This document shows positions 38,495 through 48,090 of a DNA stretch of 64,000 nucleotides, one piece after another (position 1 is the stretch's first letter; each line of letters starts with the position of its first letter). The position numbers were made by a program, and so were the translations under genes. Source of the DNA: an uncultured Dehalococcoidales bacterium (lineage in GTDB: Bacteria > Chloroflexota > Dehalococcoidia > Dehalococcoidales > E44-bin46); NCBI GenBank assembly GCA_964354655.1, contig CAYHAL010000004.1:2841-66840 (forward strand), read 5' to 3'. The notes beneath the pieces were generated by a model. It saw only the letters and a list, made by a program, of their open reading frames with translations. It did no database searches and was not told where the DNA came from.

Positions 38495-39265
38495 ATGGCG
38501 ATTGAATATGTAAAAGAAGGCAGACTGGCTATCTTCACCATTAATCGTCCTGAAGTAGGTAATGCACTTAATATGGCCGCCATCCATGAACTGCACGATA
38601 AGATGGTGGAATTCCAGGACGACCCAGAAGTATTAGTTGGTATCATTACTGGGGCTGGTGAAAAAGCTTTTTGTACCGGGGCTGATATCAGAGATACCCT
38701 ACCCTTTATTAAAGAGCATCGGGATACGCCTGATGCCTTCCCGCCAACTTTTATGCGTGGGCTTAGCATCTGGAAACCGCTAATTGCCGCCATTAATGGC
38801 CTAGCCCTTGGTGGCGGATTGGAACTAGCTCTGGCCTGTGACCTCAGGATAGCCTCAAATAATGCCCGTTTTGGCTTTCCGGAGGTAAGTCGCGGATTGA
38901 TGCCTGGTTGGGGGGGTACCCAGAGGCTGCCCCGGACGATATCCTTAGCCAGAGCAGTCGAACTAATAATTATGGGAAGAATCATCGATGCCGAGGAAGC
39001 CTGTCGCATCGGTTTAGTGAACAAGGTCGTCTCTTATGAAGAACTCATGCCCACAGTCAAGGAGTGGGCAGCAACTATCTGCGAAAAGGCACCCTTAGCC
39101 ACGCAGGCTGCCAAACAAGCGCTGGTAAGGGGTCTTGGTATGACGCTAGAGGATGGGCTGAAGCTAGAGCAATCGCTGCTCAGCTATCTTATGGGTACGG
39201 CTGACTTTGATGAGGGGATTCGAGCTTTCTCGGAGAAGAGAAAACCAGTCTACAGAGGGAAATAG
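38495..39265 (+). CDS. enoyl-CoA hydratase/isomerase (crotonase family)
   Basis: 256 aa; ..ITGAGEKAFC.GADI.., INGLALGGGLELALACD.R, FG.PE...G..PG.GGTQRL. Confidence 0.9.
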   Translation: MAIEYVKEGRLAIFTINRPEVGNALNMAAIHELHDKMVEFQDDPEVLVGIITGAGEKAFCTGADIRDTLPFIKEHRDTPDAFPPTFMRGLSIWKPLIAAINGLALGGGLELALACDLRIASNNARFGFPEVSRGLMPGWGGTQRLPRTISLARAVELIIMGRIIDAEEACRIGLVNKVVSYEELMPTVKEWAATICEKAPLATQAAKQALVRGLGMTLEDGLKLEQSLLSYLMGTADFDEGIRAFSEKRKPVYRGK

Positions 39266-39313
39266 CCTGCCTCTGGATAGTTTGTCAATACTATAAGAAA
39301 GTGAAGGTGATGA

Positions 39314-40165
39314 ATGGAAATAAAGAAGGTTGGTGTTATCGGCTGTGGGGTTATGGGTAGTGGTATCACCCAAACGTGTGCTCAAGCCGGCTGCGAGGTA
39401 ACAGTCCTGGAAATAAGTGACGAGCTCCTGAATAAAGGGCTCTCAGTGATCAAATCGGCACTGTCTAGGAGTGTGAATAAAGGCCAGCTTTCGCCACAGG
39501 ACATGGAAGCGATAATCGGACGTATCAGAGGCACTACTAGTGCCCGCGATTTTGCCAGTTGCGACCTAGTCATAGAAGCGGTTAGTGAAAATATGGTGCT
39601 AAAGAAACGAGTTTTCTCCGAGATGGATAAGATATGCCCCAAGCATGCTATTCTAGCGACCAATACCTCATGTCTTTCCGTAATTGATATGGCGATGGCA
39701 ACCTCCAGGCCAGATAAGGTTTTGGGGTTACACTTTTTCAATCCGGCACCGGTTATGAAGCTACTGGAAATCATCCAGACTATGGCCACTAGCCAAGAAA
39801 CCCTGGAACTTAGCCAGCGCTTTGGGGAATCCCTGGGCAAGGTCATCGTCGTTGTTCCGGACTCTCCGGGTTTCATTGTTAACCGCCTCTTGATTCCCTT
39901 CTTGCTCCACGCCATCTCACTATTGGAGGCCGGCACATCTAAGAGAGAGGACATTGATGCCGCCGTCAATCTTGGCCTTGGTCACCCGATGGGTCCCCTA
40001 AAGCTAGCTGATTTAATTGGTCTTGATGTTGTGCTGGAGGTAGCTGAGGCTATTTACGACGAGCTCAAAGACCCACGATATGCTCCGCCAATTCTGTTGA
40101 AAAAGATGGTTACCACCGGCTGGCTGGGGCGTAAAACGGGTAAGGGGTTCTACGAATACCACTAA
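39314..40165 (+). CDS. hbd: 3-hydroxyacyl-CoA (3-hydroxybutyryl-CoA) dehydrogenase
   Basis: VGVIGCGVMGSGI Rossmann motif, ..TNTS.LS.., HFFNPAP.MKL.E; 283 aa. Confidence 0.9.
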   Translation: MEIKKVGVIGCGVMGSGITQTCAQAGCEVTVLEISDELLNKGLSVIKSALSRSVNKGQLSPQDMEAIIGRIRGTTSARDFASCDLVIEAVSENMVLKKRVFSEMDKICPKHAILATNTSCLSVIDMAMATSRPDKVLGLHFFNPAPVMKLLEIIQTMATSQETLELSQRFGESLGKVIVVVPDSPGFIVNRLLIPFLLHAISLLEAGTSKREDIDAAVNLGLGHPMGPLKLADLIGLDVVLEVAEAIYDELKDPRYAPPILLKKMVTTGWLGRKTGKGFYEYH

Positions 40166-40234
40166 TAGTTAGCCGAAAGGCTTCAAATAGAGCTACAAAG
40201 TATCTACCATACGGGATTAGGAAAGGAGAATACT

Positions 40235-41716
40235 ATGAGGACTTCGGCAGAATACATTTCGGATTTAATGAAGTTAAAGCCCAACCTATATATCGGGGGG
40301 CAGAGAGTGGGCAGAGATGACCTTAGGATTAAACCGGGCATAAATGTTATGTCCGTGACTTTTGACTTGGCACAAGACCCGAAGTGGGAAGGGCTTCTGA
40401 CCGCTACCTCATCTCTTACCAGTAAAAAGATTAATCGCTTTACCCATTTGCCGCAAAATGCCTACGACCTCATTCAGAAACAGAAGATGATTCGACTGCT
40501 CTGCCAGAGAGTTGGCGGTTGCACGCAGCGATGCATGGGTATGGATGCTATAATCGCCATTTCCGTCGCCACTAAAGAAATGGACGATAAATACCAAACC
40601 GAGTATCACCACCGCTTCATGGACTACCTAAGGGTCTACCAAGGGAAGGATTTGACCGGTGCCTGCGCTCAAACCGACACCAAGGGGGATAGAATTAAAA
40701 GACCGTCTGAGCAAGCCGACCCTGATGCCTATGTTCATATCACTGAAGTGAGAGAGGATGGGATTGTGGTTAGAGGAGCCAAACTCTCCATCGCCATGGC
40801 CGCTTATGCCGATGAGATATTTGTAATCCCAACCCGCGCCCTAAGAGAAGAGGACAAAGACTATGCGGTGGCATTCGCTATCCCGGCTGACTGGGAGGGC
40901 ATCCATCTAATCACCCGACCGGTTTCGGTGAGAGAGAGAAAGGAATGTAAATGTCCCTTTGCGGAAATGGGAGTCTCTGATTCAATTGTCGTTTTTGACA
41001 ACACCTTCATCCCTAAGGAGAGGGTATTCATGTGCCGAGAGTGGGAGTTCGGTCGCCGACTGGCCCTGCTTTTTGCTGACTCCCATCGGCACAGCTATTC
41101 TGGATGCAAACCGGCGGTATCGGACATACTCTGCGGGGCTGCCTGCCTTGTTGCCGAGGCTAACAACATTGAGAAAGCATCTCATGTGAGGGAAAAACTA
41201 TCTCAATACGCCGGGGCGGCGGAACTATCTTATGCTGCGGGCATCGCCAGTGCCATCTACGGCGAGAAGACCTCTTCAGACACCTTCTTCCCTAACAGTA
41301 TCTATGCCAATGTAGGTAGAAGGCTCACCGGAGAGACCATATACCACGAGTTTAACTTGCTGGCTGAGATAGCCGGCGGTTTAGCCGTAACCCTACCCTA
41401 TGAAGACGACTTTAATAGTGAAGAAACCAAAGCTTGGTTAGAAAAGTATATAATGAGAAACCCCAAAATCCCGCCTGATGTTGCTCACCGTATCTGGAGG
41501 CTGGTAGAGAATCTAACGGCTTCATCCATGGCTAGCTGGTATCAGATTGCCGGGGTTCATGGTGGTGGTTCCCCCATCATGGAAACAATTGCTCTGAACC
41601 AAGAGTATGATTACGAAGCCAAGAAGAATATTGCCAAATACTTGGCTGGTATTAATAAGGAATTGGACCAGTCAAAGGACCTAAACCAGGCACCAACTAA
41701 ATTAGTCCCAAAGTAA
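40235..41716 (+). CDS. abfD: 4-hydroxybutyryl-CoA dehydratase / vinylacetyl-CoA isomerase family (HpaB-fold)
   Basis: 493 aa. The cluster-ligand pattern CQRVGGCTQRC and HRHSYSGC matches the C-x3-C...H-x6-C ligands known for AbfD. The context is crotonase and hbd. Confidence 0.75.
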   Translation: MRTSAEYISDLMKLKPNLYIGGQRVGRDDLRIKPGINVMSVTFDLAQDPKWEGLLTATSSLTSKKINRFTHLPQNAYDLIQKQKMIRLLCQRVGGCTQRCMGMDAIIAISVATKEMDDKYQTEYHHRFMDYLRVYQGKDLTGACAQTDTKGDRIKRPSEQADPDAYVHITEVREDGIVVRGAKLSIAMAAYADEIFVIPTRALREEDKDYAVAFAIPADWEGIHLITRPVSVRERKECKCPFAEMGVSDSIVVFDNTFIPKERVFMCREWEFGRRLALLFADSHRHSYSGCKPAVSDILCGAACLVAEANNIEKASHVREKLSQYAGAAELSYAAGIASAIYGEKTSSDTFFPNSIYANVGRRLTGETIYHEFNLLAEIAGGLAVTLPYEDDFNSEETKAWLEKYIMRNPKIPPDVAHRIWRLVENLTASSMASWYQIAGVHGGGSPIMETIALNQEYDYEAKKNIAKYLAGINKELDQSKDLNQAPTKLVPK

Positions 41717-41814
41717 TTTGTCTCAAGCGTAATAGGTTCATGGTTAGGAACCTAAAGTACTAGTGAACCGCCATGCCCGCCACCCAGAGATCGTAACTGA
41801 AACTGTTCTGAATA

Positions 41815-41836
41815 ATATCTCCCGAAAGGGGGATAT
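41815..41836 (+). terminator. hairpin atatctccc-gaaa-gggggatat followed by TTT (weak terminator candidate)
   Basis: 9-bp stem (one G-U pair) with a GAAA loop, about 100 nt downstream of the abfD stop. Confidence 0.35.
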
Positions 41837-42045
41837 TTGGTCTGTTCCTCCCTTAGCTCTTGCTTGCTTTACTTGCATATTGCTATAATAGTTTGATTCC
41901 CACGCGCTATGATTTTGCGACGTTCTCTTGGTTTAAAAAAGCCAAGTTTGGAAAATGTCAGCAAAAGAAAGATAGGAAGGGGTATTTTAGCTGGTAAAGC
42001 TAGCCGTTTAGTAGCACCGATTTATAGCTGAGGCAGAATAAGAAT

Positions 42046-43305
42046 ATGACTCAAAGATTAAACAGACGGGTAGCCATAGCGGGTACCGGAGCGTCGAAAT
42101 TTGGTGCCTTCAAGGATAAGCTAGGGCGAGAGCTCTTTACCGAAGCCTTTCTTGACATGATAGCTTCTGCAGAGAGAGGCGTCGATATTAAAGATATTGA
42201 GGCATTCTATCTGGGCAGTGCTGCCCCCCTGTCCTTTGAGGGGCAAGCGCACCTTGCGCCGATCATCGCTGACCAGGTGGGCTTGGTCAATAGACCAGCT
42301 ACCAGGGTTGAAGGCGCCTGTGCCAGTGGCGGACTAGCGCTGCGCGAGGGCATTATCGCTATTGCTTCTGGATTATATGATATCGTCTTAGTTGGTGGTG
42401 TGGAGAAGATGACTAACTTGCCAACATCCGAGGTTACCGATGTTCTAGCCGCTTTTTCTGACACACCCTATGAGTCACGTGCCGGCATTACCTTCCCCGG
42501 AGCCTATGCCCTAATGGCTACTGCCTACAGGCATAAATACGGGCTCACCGACGAACAGCTTATGGCGGTCACCATCAAGAACCACCAGAATGGGGCGCTT
42601 AATCCCAAGGCACAGTTTAACTGCTCTATCAGGGACATCATGACTAGCCGGATGGCCAAGATGAGGGAAAAGGGGCAACCGGTTCCCGATTGGTCTAGTG
42701 AGATGGATTTCCTAAAAGACCCCCAAGCTAACCCGGTCGTTTCCTGGCCGTTAAAATTATTTGACTGCTCGCCGATAACCGATGGCGCAGCTTGCGTCCT
42801 TCTGGTAGTAGAACATCTAGCCAAAAGCTTTACCGAAACACCGGTATATGTTATCGGCTCCGGCCAGGCAAGCGATTACTCACTACATGGCCGAAAAGAC
42901 TTTACCACACTGAGTGGCGCCAGAGAGGCAGCCCGCCAAGCCTATGATATGGCTGGAGTTTGCCCCGGAGATATCCAGATGGCAGAGGTGCACGACTGCT
43001 TTACCATAGCTGAGATTATTGCTACTGAGGATCTCGGCTTTTTTAGGCCGGGAGAGGGAGGCAGGGCAGCGGAACAGGGACTAACCGCTCGTCATGGCAC
43101 CAAGCCGGTGAACCCCTCAGGGGGACTGAAGGCTAAGGGACACCCCGTTGGCGCTAGCGGTGTCGCCCAGGTGGTTGAGGTCTGGCAGCAGATGCGGGGT
43201 GAAGCTGGAGCCAGACAGATAAATCGGGATGTTCATCTGGCTCTAACCCACAATGTAGGCGCGCACGGGGCTACCTGCGTCGTTCACATTTATGAGAGGA
43301 GATAA
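42046..43305 (+). CDS. thiolase-like protein (SCP-x/archaeal-type acetyl-CoA C-acyltransferase)
   Basis: 419 aa; active-site region ..VEGACASGG.A.. and C-terminal ..NPSGGL.AKGHP.GASG. It is followed by its usual DUF35 partner. Confidence 0.85.
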   Translation: MTQRLNRRVAIAGTGASKFGAFKDKLGRELFTEAFLDMIASAERGVDIKDIEAFYLGSAAPLSFEGQAHLAPIIADQVGLVNRPATRVEGACASGGLALREGIIAIASGLYDIVLVGGVEKMTNLPTSEVTDVLAAFSDTPYESRAGITFPGAYALMATAYRHKYGLTDEQLMAVTIKNHQNGALNPKAQFNCSIRDIMTSRMAKMREKGQPVPDWSSEMDFLKDPQANPVVSWPLKLFDCSPITDGAACVLLVVEHLAKSFTETPVYVIGSGQASDYSLHGRKDFTTLSGAREAARQAYDMAGVCPGDIQMAEVHDCFTIAEIIATEDLGFFRPGEGGRAAEQGLTARHGTKPVNPSGGLKAKGHPVGASGVAQVVEVWQQMRGEAGARQINRDVHLALTHNVGAHGATCVVHIYERR

Positions 43306-43313
43306 CTTTTCTG

Positions 43314-43730
43314 ATGACAGAGGCTGAATTTACCTGCGCCTCATTCTATAGCGCTCTTCATGAGAAGAGGCTTATGGGAACAAGATGCAAGGAATGCGGA
43401 GACCTATATTTGCCACCACGTCAGATTTGTCTCAAATGCCAGAGCACTGACGTGGAGTGGGTTCCAATGAAGGGGGAGGGCAAACTCATCACCTTCACGA
43501 CCATCGCTGTCGGGACTAGTTCAATGGTTGCGGAGGGCTATGACAGATACCGGCACTACTGTTGCGGCATTGTGGAGCTAGATGAGGGTCTCAGAGTTAG
43601 CGCCCGAATAGTGGGGGTAGACTCTCAAAATCCGGAGAGCATTGAGATTGGGACTCCAATGACAGTAGAGTTCCCAGAAGCGGAAGACAAGTCAGGTATT
43701 CTGACATTTAGAGCCAGACAGGCTTGTTAA
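43314..43730 (+). CDS. DUF35 OB-fold / zinc-ribbon protein (thiolase partner)
   Basis: 138 aa; rubredoxin-like C..C..C..C (CKECGDLYLPPRQICLKC) followed by an OB-fold region. Confidence 0.8.
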   Translation: MTEAEFTCASFYSALHEKRLMGTRCKECGDLYLPPRQICLKCQSTDVEWVPMKGEGKLITFTTIAVGTSSMVAEGYDRYRHYCCGIVELDEGLRVSARIVGVDSQNPESIEIGTPMTVEFPEAEDKSGILTFRARQAC

Positions 43731-43751
43731 CAAGATAAGGTACATTCGAGC

Positions 43752-44622
43752 TTATCTAAGGGTCAACCAGCGATGCGTGACAAGTTTGGTTGCCTCTTCG
43801 CGGGTCATCTGATGATAAAGCTCCCTTATTTTCTCCTTCGCCCAATAAAACCCCTTGAGACCGGGATACCTGTCCAGCAGCTCATCTACCCTCTGCCTTT
43901 TCTCCTCACTCAGCTTGTCCCTGCCAATCAAGAATACCTTCTTGGGTATCTGGGCCTTCCGCTTCCGGTATACATCTTGCTCGATTCTTCTGGCTTCGTC
44001 CATCCTTTTATTGGAATCAGCAATTACGTGGAATGGGTCAACGACTACCTTTGCTAGGGGAAACATCTTCTCTGCTAGCTTCCTTAAGGCCTCCTTCATG
44101 TCGATACAGACTTCTTTGACTTTATCTCCGGCTATCTTGGCCAGGAATTCCTCTAAGGTGGCTATACGATCGTCCCTAAGAATTCCCAACACCCTCCCCT
44201 GCTTAACCTCAGTTATAGTCTACACCATCTCCTGATGCCTGAAACTATGCTCGTCGATGCCGAGGTGCACATTGTCCTCTCCCTGTATGAAGCCCAGTGC
44301 TTCCTCGTCTATCTCCCTCTCCATAAGACGGCGTAGCGTGCCGTAGCCCACTCCCAGCTCCTTGGTCACCTGGCTGAAGCTTCTGTCTCTGAGCCGCCAC
44401 AATGCCTCAGTCTGTTTGGTAAGCCTCGACCGGTCGCGGACCAATTCCTTGCCCTCGGTGAAGGTCAAGGTAGGCCTTTTTGCCGTTCGTCCAAGTGTGA
44501 AGTACGTGTCGTGGGTCACACATACCATGCCCATACAGCTTGGCCGCGCCACAATAGGGGCATTTCTCCCGGCCTCCGTTAATTGTAATCTTCACCACCA
44601 CCCTCTCATCACTCCCCACCAC
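43752..44622 (-). pseudogene. ISL3-family transposase, multiply frameshifted and 3'-truncated
   Basis: There are three overlapping minus-strand ORF pieces. One is an N-terminal zinc finger (CPYCG), one an HTH piece (..FSQVTKELGVGYGTLRR..), and one a DDE piece with VDPFHVI. No single frame is intact. Confidence 0.75.
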
Positions 44623-44687
44623 CTCCCCAGCCCTGCAGTCTTTAAGTCCAAGTAGAGTTGTGGTACAATTTTCGAGGTGATTAACAT

Positions 44688-46778
44688 ATGCTGGAGAAAG
44701 ACTTTTTTACACCGAACTCAGTAGCTGTGATTGGAGCGTCAAGCAGCCCTAACAAGATCGGACACGTTATAGTCAAGAACATCCTAGATAGCGGTTACCC
44801 CGGCAGGGTGTACCCCGTAAACCCGACGGAGGGTGAAATTTTGTCATTACCATGCTATCCAAGGGTTACAGATATACCAGAAAAGGTGGACATGGCTCTC
44901 ATCGCTGTGACCTGGCAAGCGGTGTTAACCGTCTTAAATGATTGCGCGGAGAAGGGAATCAAGAGAGTCGTGATGATTAGCGCCGGCTTCAAAGAGACCG
45001 GAGAGCAGGGTTCTAATCTAGAAAAGGAGTTGCTGAAACTAGCTAGGCATCACGGAATGAGGCTGTTGGGGCCAAACTGCCTCGGCTTTATCAACACTTC
45101 GTTACCAATCAATGCATCTTTCGCATCCGGGATGCCCCTCAGCGGCAACATGTCGTTAGTGGCCCAGTCAGGAGCTATGCGCCAGTCCTTTTGGGATTGG
45201 TCGAAGGAAAGCAGTGTCGGCCTAAGCAAATTCATTAGCCTGGGAAACGAGGCCGATATCACTGAAGCAGATGTTATCGAAATGCTGAAAGACGATGACC
45301 AGACTAAGGTGGTCATGGCCTATCTCGAAGGAATCGCCAATGGCGACCGATTCAGAAAGGTAGCTAGTTCACTGACCATGATTAAGCCACTTATAGTGGT
45401 GAAGTCAGGAATCACCACAGCGGGGTCAAGAGCGACCATCACACACACTGGATCGATGGCTGGAGCCAATGAGATTTACGACGCCGCATTCAAGCAAACT
45501 GGCGTGATAAGAGCCCAATCACCGGAGCAACTCTTTGACTTTGCCTTCGGTTTATCCTGCCAACCCCTGTTACGAGATGAGAGGTTGGCTATCGTCACAA
45601 ATGCTGGTGGTCCCGGTGTCATGGCTTCAGACGCTGTAGAAAGGTCTGGACTCAAGCTGGCTTATTTTACTGAACATACTACCTCAAGGCTCGGCAGTGA
45701 GCTCCCCTCATTTGCGAGCCTGTCTAACCCGGTAGACCTTACGGGAGGGGCCACACCTGATAACTATGAAAAGGTTTTATATATGGTGCTTTCTGACCCC
45801 AATGTGGATGGTGCTCTAGTTATTTTATGCCCACAGGGACCAGTGGATGTCGCTAAGACCGCTGAGTCAGTCGTAAGAGTTTCCCTGGGATGTGGAAAAC
45901 CAGTATTCGCCAATTTTATGGGCGCAAGGGACTATCACCAAGAGCTGGTGAGTCTCCGAATGAACGGCATTCCGAATTACCCTTCTCCGGAGAGGGCCGT
46001 GGATGGTTTCAAAGCCATGAACCAATACCGTTTATGGGTTCAAAGAAGACGGGAGGCACCAGAAGTCCTTACCTACCACCGTGACTCAGTACAAGCCATC
46101 TTGCATGAAGTAAGAAGGCAGGGGGTGAAAGCCACAGTTGGATTGGAGGCGATGGGGGTATTGGAAGCGTATGGCTTTAAGTTGGCTAAGGCTGGTTTAG
46201 CTAAGAACGCTGAGCAAGCCGTCGAACTCGCTATGGAGATAGGCTACCCGGTGGTGATGAAGGCTGTCTCTCTAGATATCATCCATAAAACCGAATTTGG
46301 GGGTGTCAAGGTAGGTCTAAATACTGCCGAAGCCGTGCGTAACTCCTATGCGGAGATTGTAGAAAATATCAGGCAGCATGAGCCAAAGGCACGGATAACC
46401 AGCGTTATGGTGCAAGCCATGGCTAGAGGCCAGGAGGTGATTCTCGGACTTAAGCGGGACTCCCAGTTCGGTGCTGCCATCATGTTTGGACTGGGTGGCA
46501 TATATACTGAAGTGCTGAAAGATGTGAGTTTTCGAGTAGCACCTATAACGCGTCAGGATGCCATGGATATGATTCACGAGATTCGCAGCTTTCCACTTCT
46601 CTCCGGCGCCAGGGGTTCGAAAATAGCTGATATCGACGCCATAGCTAGATACTTGGTGCAGCTTTCTCAGCTGGCTCTAGACTTTCCCGAGTTTTTGGAG
46701 CTCGATATCAACCCACTTATGGTAGACGAGCCAGGCAAGGGAGCGATGGCAGTAGACTGCCGCATCGTTATCGATTAG
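44688..46778 (+). CDS. acetyl-CoA synthetase (ADP-forming), fused alpha-beta type
   Basis: 696 aa; N-terminal CoA-binding block F.P.SVAVIGAS......G......L...G, ..GPNC.G.., and a C-terminal ATP-grasp domain. Confidence 0.9.
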   Translation: MLEKDFFTPNSVAVIGASSSPNKIGHVIVKNILDSGYPGRVYPVNPTEGEILSLPCYPRVTDIPEKVDMALIAVTWQAVLTVLNDCAEKGIKRVVMISAGFKETGEQGSNLEKELLKLARHHGMRLLGPNCLGFINTSLPINASFASGMPLSGNMSLVAQSGAMRQSFWDWSKESSVGLSKFISLGNEADITEADVIEMLKDDDQTKVVMAYLEGIANGDRFRKVASSLTMIKPLIVVKSGITTAGSRATITHTGSMAGANEIYDAAFKQTGVIRAQSPEQLFDFAFGLSCQPLLRDERLAIVTNAGGPGVMASDAVERSGLKLAYFTEHTTSRLGSELPSFASLSNPVDLTGGATPDNYEKVLYMVLSDPNVDGALVILCPQGPVDVAKTAESVVRVSLGCGKPVFANFMGARDYHQELVSLRMNGIPNYPSPERAVDGFKAMNQYRLWVQRRREAPEVLTYHRDSVQAILHEVRRQGVKATVGLEAMGVLEAYGFKLAKAGLAKNAEQAVELAMEIGYPVVMKAVSLDIIHKTEFGGVKVGLNTAEAVRNSYAEIVENIRQHEPKARITSVMVQAMARGQEVILGLKRDSQFGAAIMFGLGGIYTEVLKDVSFRVAPITRQDAMDMIHEIRSFPLLSGARGSKIADIDAIARYLVQLSQLALDFPEFLELDINPLMVDEPGKGAMAVDCRIVID

Positions 46779-46923
46779 TCAGCTAATCTTATTAGATACG
46801 TCGAAATACGAATAGCGTCTCGTGTCTCAACAAAAGCTTGATTTGTTCAGCGTAAGACGACGACCCACGGGGCTAGAACGCAGAACTTCTCGCCAAGGAA
46901 TCCGTGGACGACCGTAGCTTCTC

Positions 46924-47106
46924 TTATCCAGGCTCTTTGTCTCGTTTTGCCTTCATCTCATGGTAGCACCGCACCATCCGCTCAAACTGCTCATCAAGCC
47001 ACTGCCGAGCATCCAGTTCCTCCACACTTTTCGGCTCAAAATCTTTTCGCACCTTCTTATCGTGTCGCTTGCGTCTCTTTGGTCGTCCTTTGGTATCCTC
47101 TTTCAT
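46924..47106 (-). CDS. hypothetical basic protein (60 aa)
   Basis: Lys/Arg-rich ORF. It is in the same frame as the small ORF upstream, separated by a single TAA and 16 sense codons. Confidence 0.35.
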   Translation of the reverse strand: MKEDTKGRPKRRKRHDKKVRKDFEPKSVEELDARQWLDEQFERMVRCYHEMKAKRDKEPG

Positions 47107-47154
47107 CCTAGCCTGCTTTGCCCTTTGTGCCGCTAGCTCATTACGGCTTATCGC

Positions 47155-47292
47155 TTAATACACCCGCTTTACCCAGCGTATCCCTGTCTCCCCATCTTCC
47201 ATTATGACGTAGCAAGAGTCCTGAAAAGGATGCTCCTCGACTACCTTTCCCCGTTTTAGCATTTCCACAGAGACGGGATAGGTGGTTTTCAT
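47155..47292 (-). CDS. hypothetical small protein (45 aa; not in ORF track)
   Basis: Minus strand reads MKTTYPVSVEMLKRGKVVEEHPFQDSCYVIMEDGETGIRWVKRVY*. No family recognised. Confidence 0.3.
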   Translation of the reverse strand: MKTTYPVSVEMLKRGKVVEEHPFQDSCYVIMEDGETGIRWVKRVY

Positions 47293-47418
47293 TTCAGGGT
47301 CATCAACACGCCAGCCTTTGGTTACTCTGTAACGGTCTCAAAGTCAATCCGAACTATTAGCTGCTTTCCGGGCGAGCCACTGTGGTTATCAATAGTTGTT
47401 CCACACTTAAGTAGGCTT

Positions 47419-47763
47419 TTGACTAGACCAAATGTCACAAGAATAATCCTGCCGTCAGTCTTTATCGTCTCTATTACCTCCTATATGCTGAGTTGGCTCA
47501 GTAGCTTATCTAAGCTTCAAGGTTCCATGTTCTTGCTAGCCTTCTGGTTTGGTTTTGCCTGGATTGTAGTATATGCAATAATACTGGTAAGCCGAGCTAT
47601 CCGACCAGTAGGTATTATAGTATCTCTTGCACTATTGATAGTTGGAATTCTGTATCTTGCTAATGGCCTCATTGCCCAAGGCACGGGCTTGTTAGTCTTA
47701 GGTGCAATACTAATGTTGGCAGCTACGAACAGAATAAGGGTCTGGAACCAGATTCACATGTAG
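47419..47763 (+). CDS. hypothetical membrane protein (114 aa, 3-4 TM)
   Basis: Hydrophobic ORF with a non-ATG start as tracked; no family recognised. Confidence 0.5.
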   Translation: MTRPNVTRIILPSVFIVSITSYMLSWLSSLSKLQGSMFLLAFWFGFAWIVVYAIILVSRAIRPVGIIVSLALLIVGILYLANGLIAQGTGLLVLGAILMLAATNRIRVWNQIHM

Positions 47764-48090
47764 TAACCATCCTTAGTAAATGTGAGCACCGTCCAGTTGT
47801 ATCACCTTTTTCTCACTTCCGTAGAAGTAGCTCTCCGTGATGTAACAATCAGCCATAAAGTGTTGCGGATAGCATGAGAGCCCACTAGTGGAAAGTAAAC
47901 ACCCTAGAAAAAGTTCTACCTTTTATCCTGCACGGTCTGCAAAGACTAATATAGACTATTCCTATCGAAGAGTTCTCAAAATAATCAGTATGAAGTCCCC
48001 GTGAGGTCACCTGCATCAAAAAGCGCCATAACTAAATAACTTCATAACTTCACAGGGGCCTTATCAATTAGCATAAGTGCTTGAGGCAAG

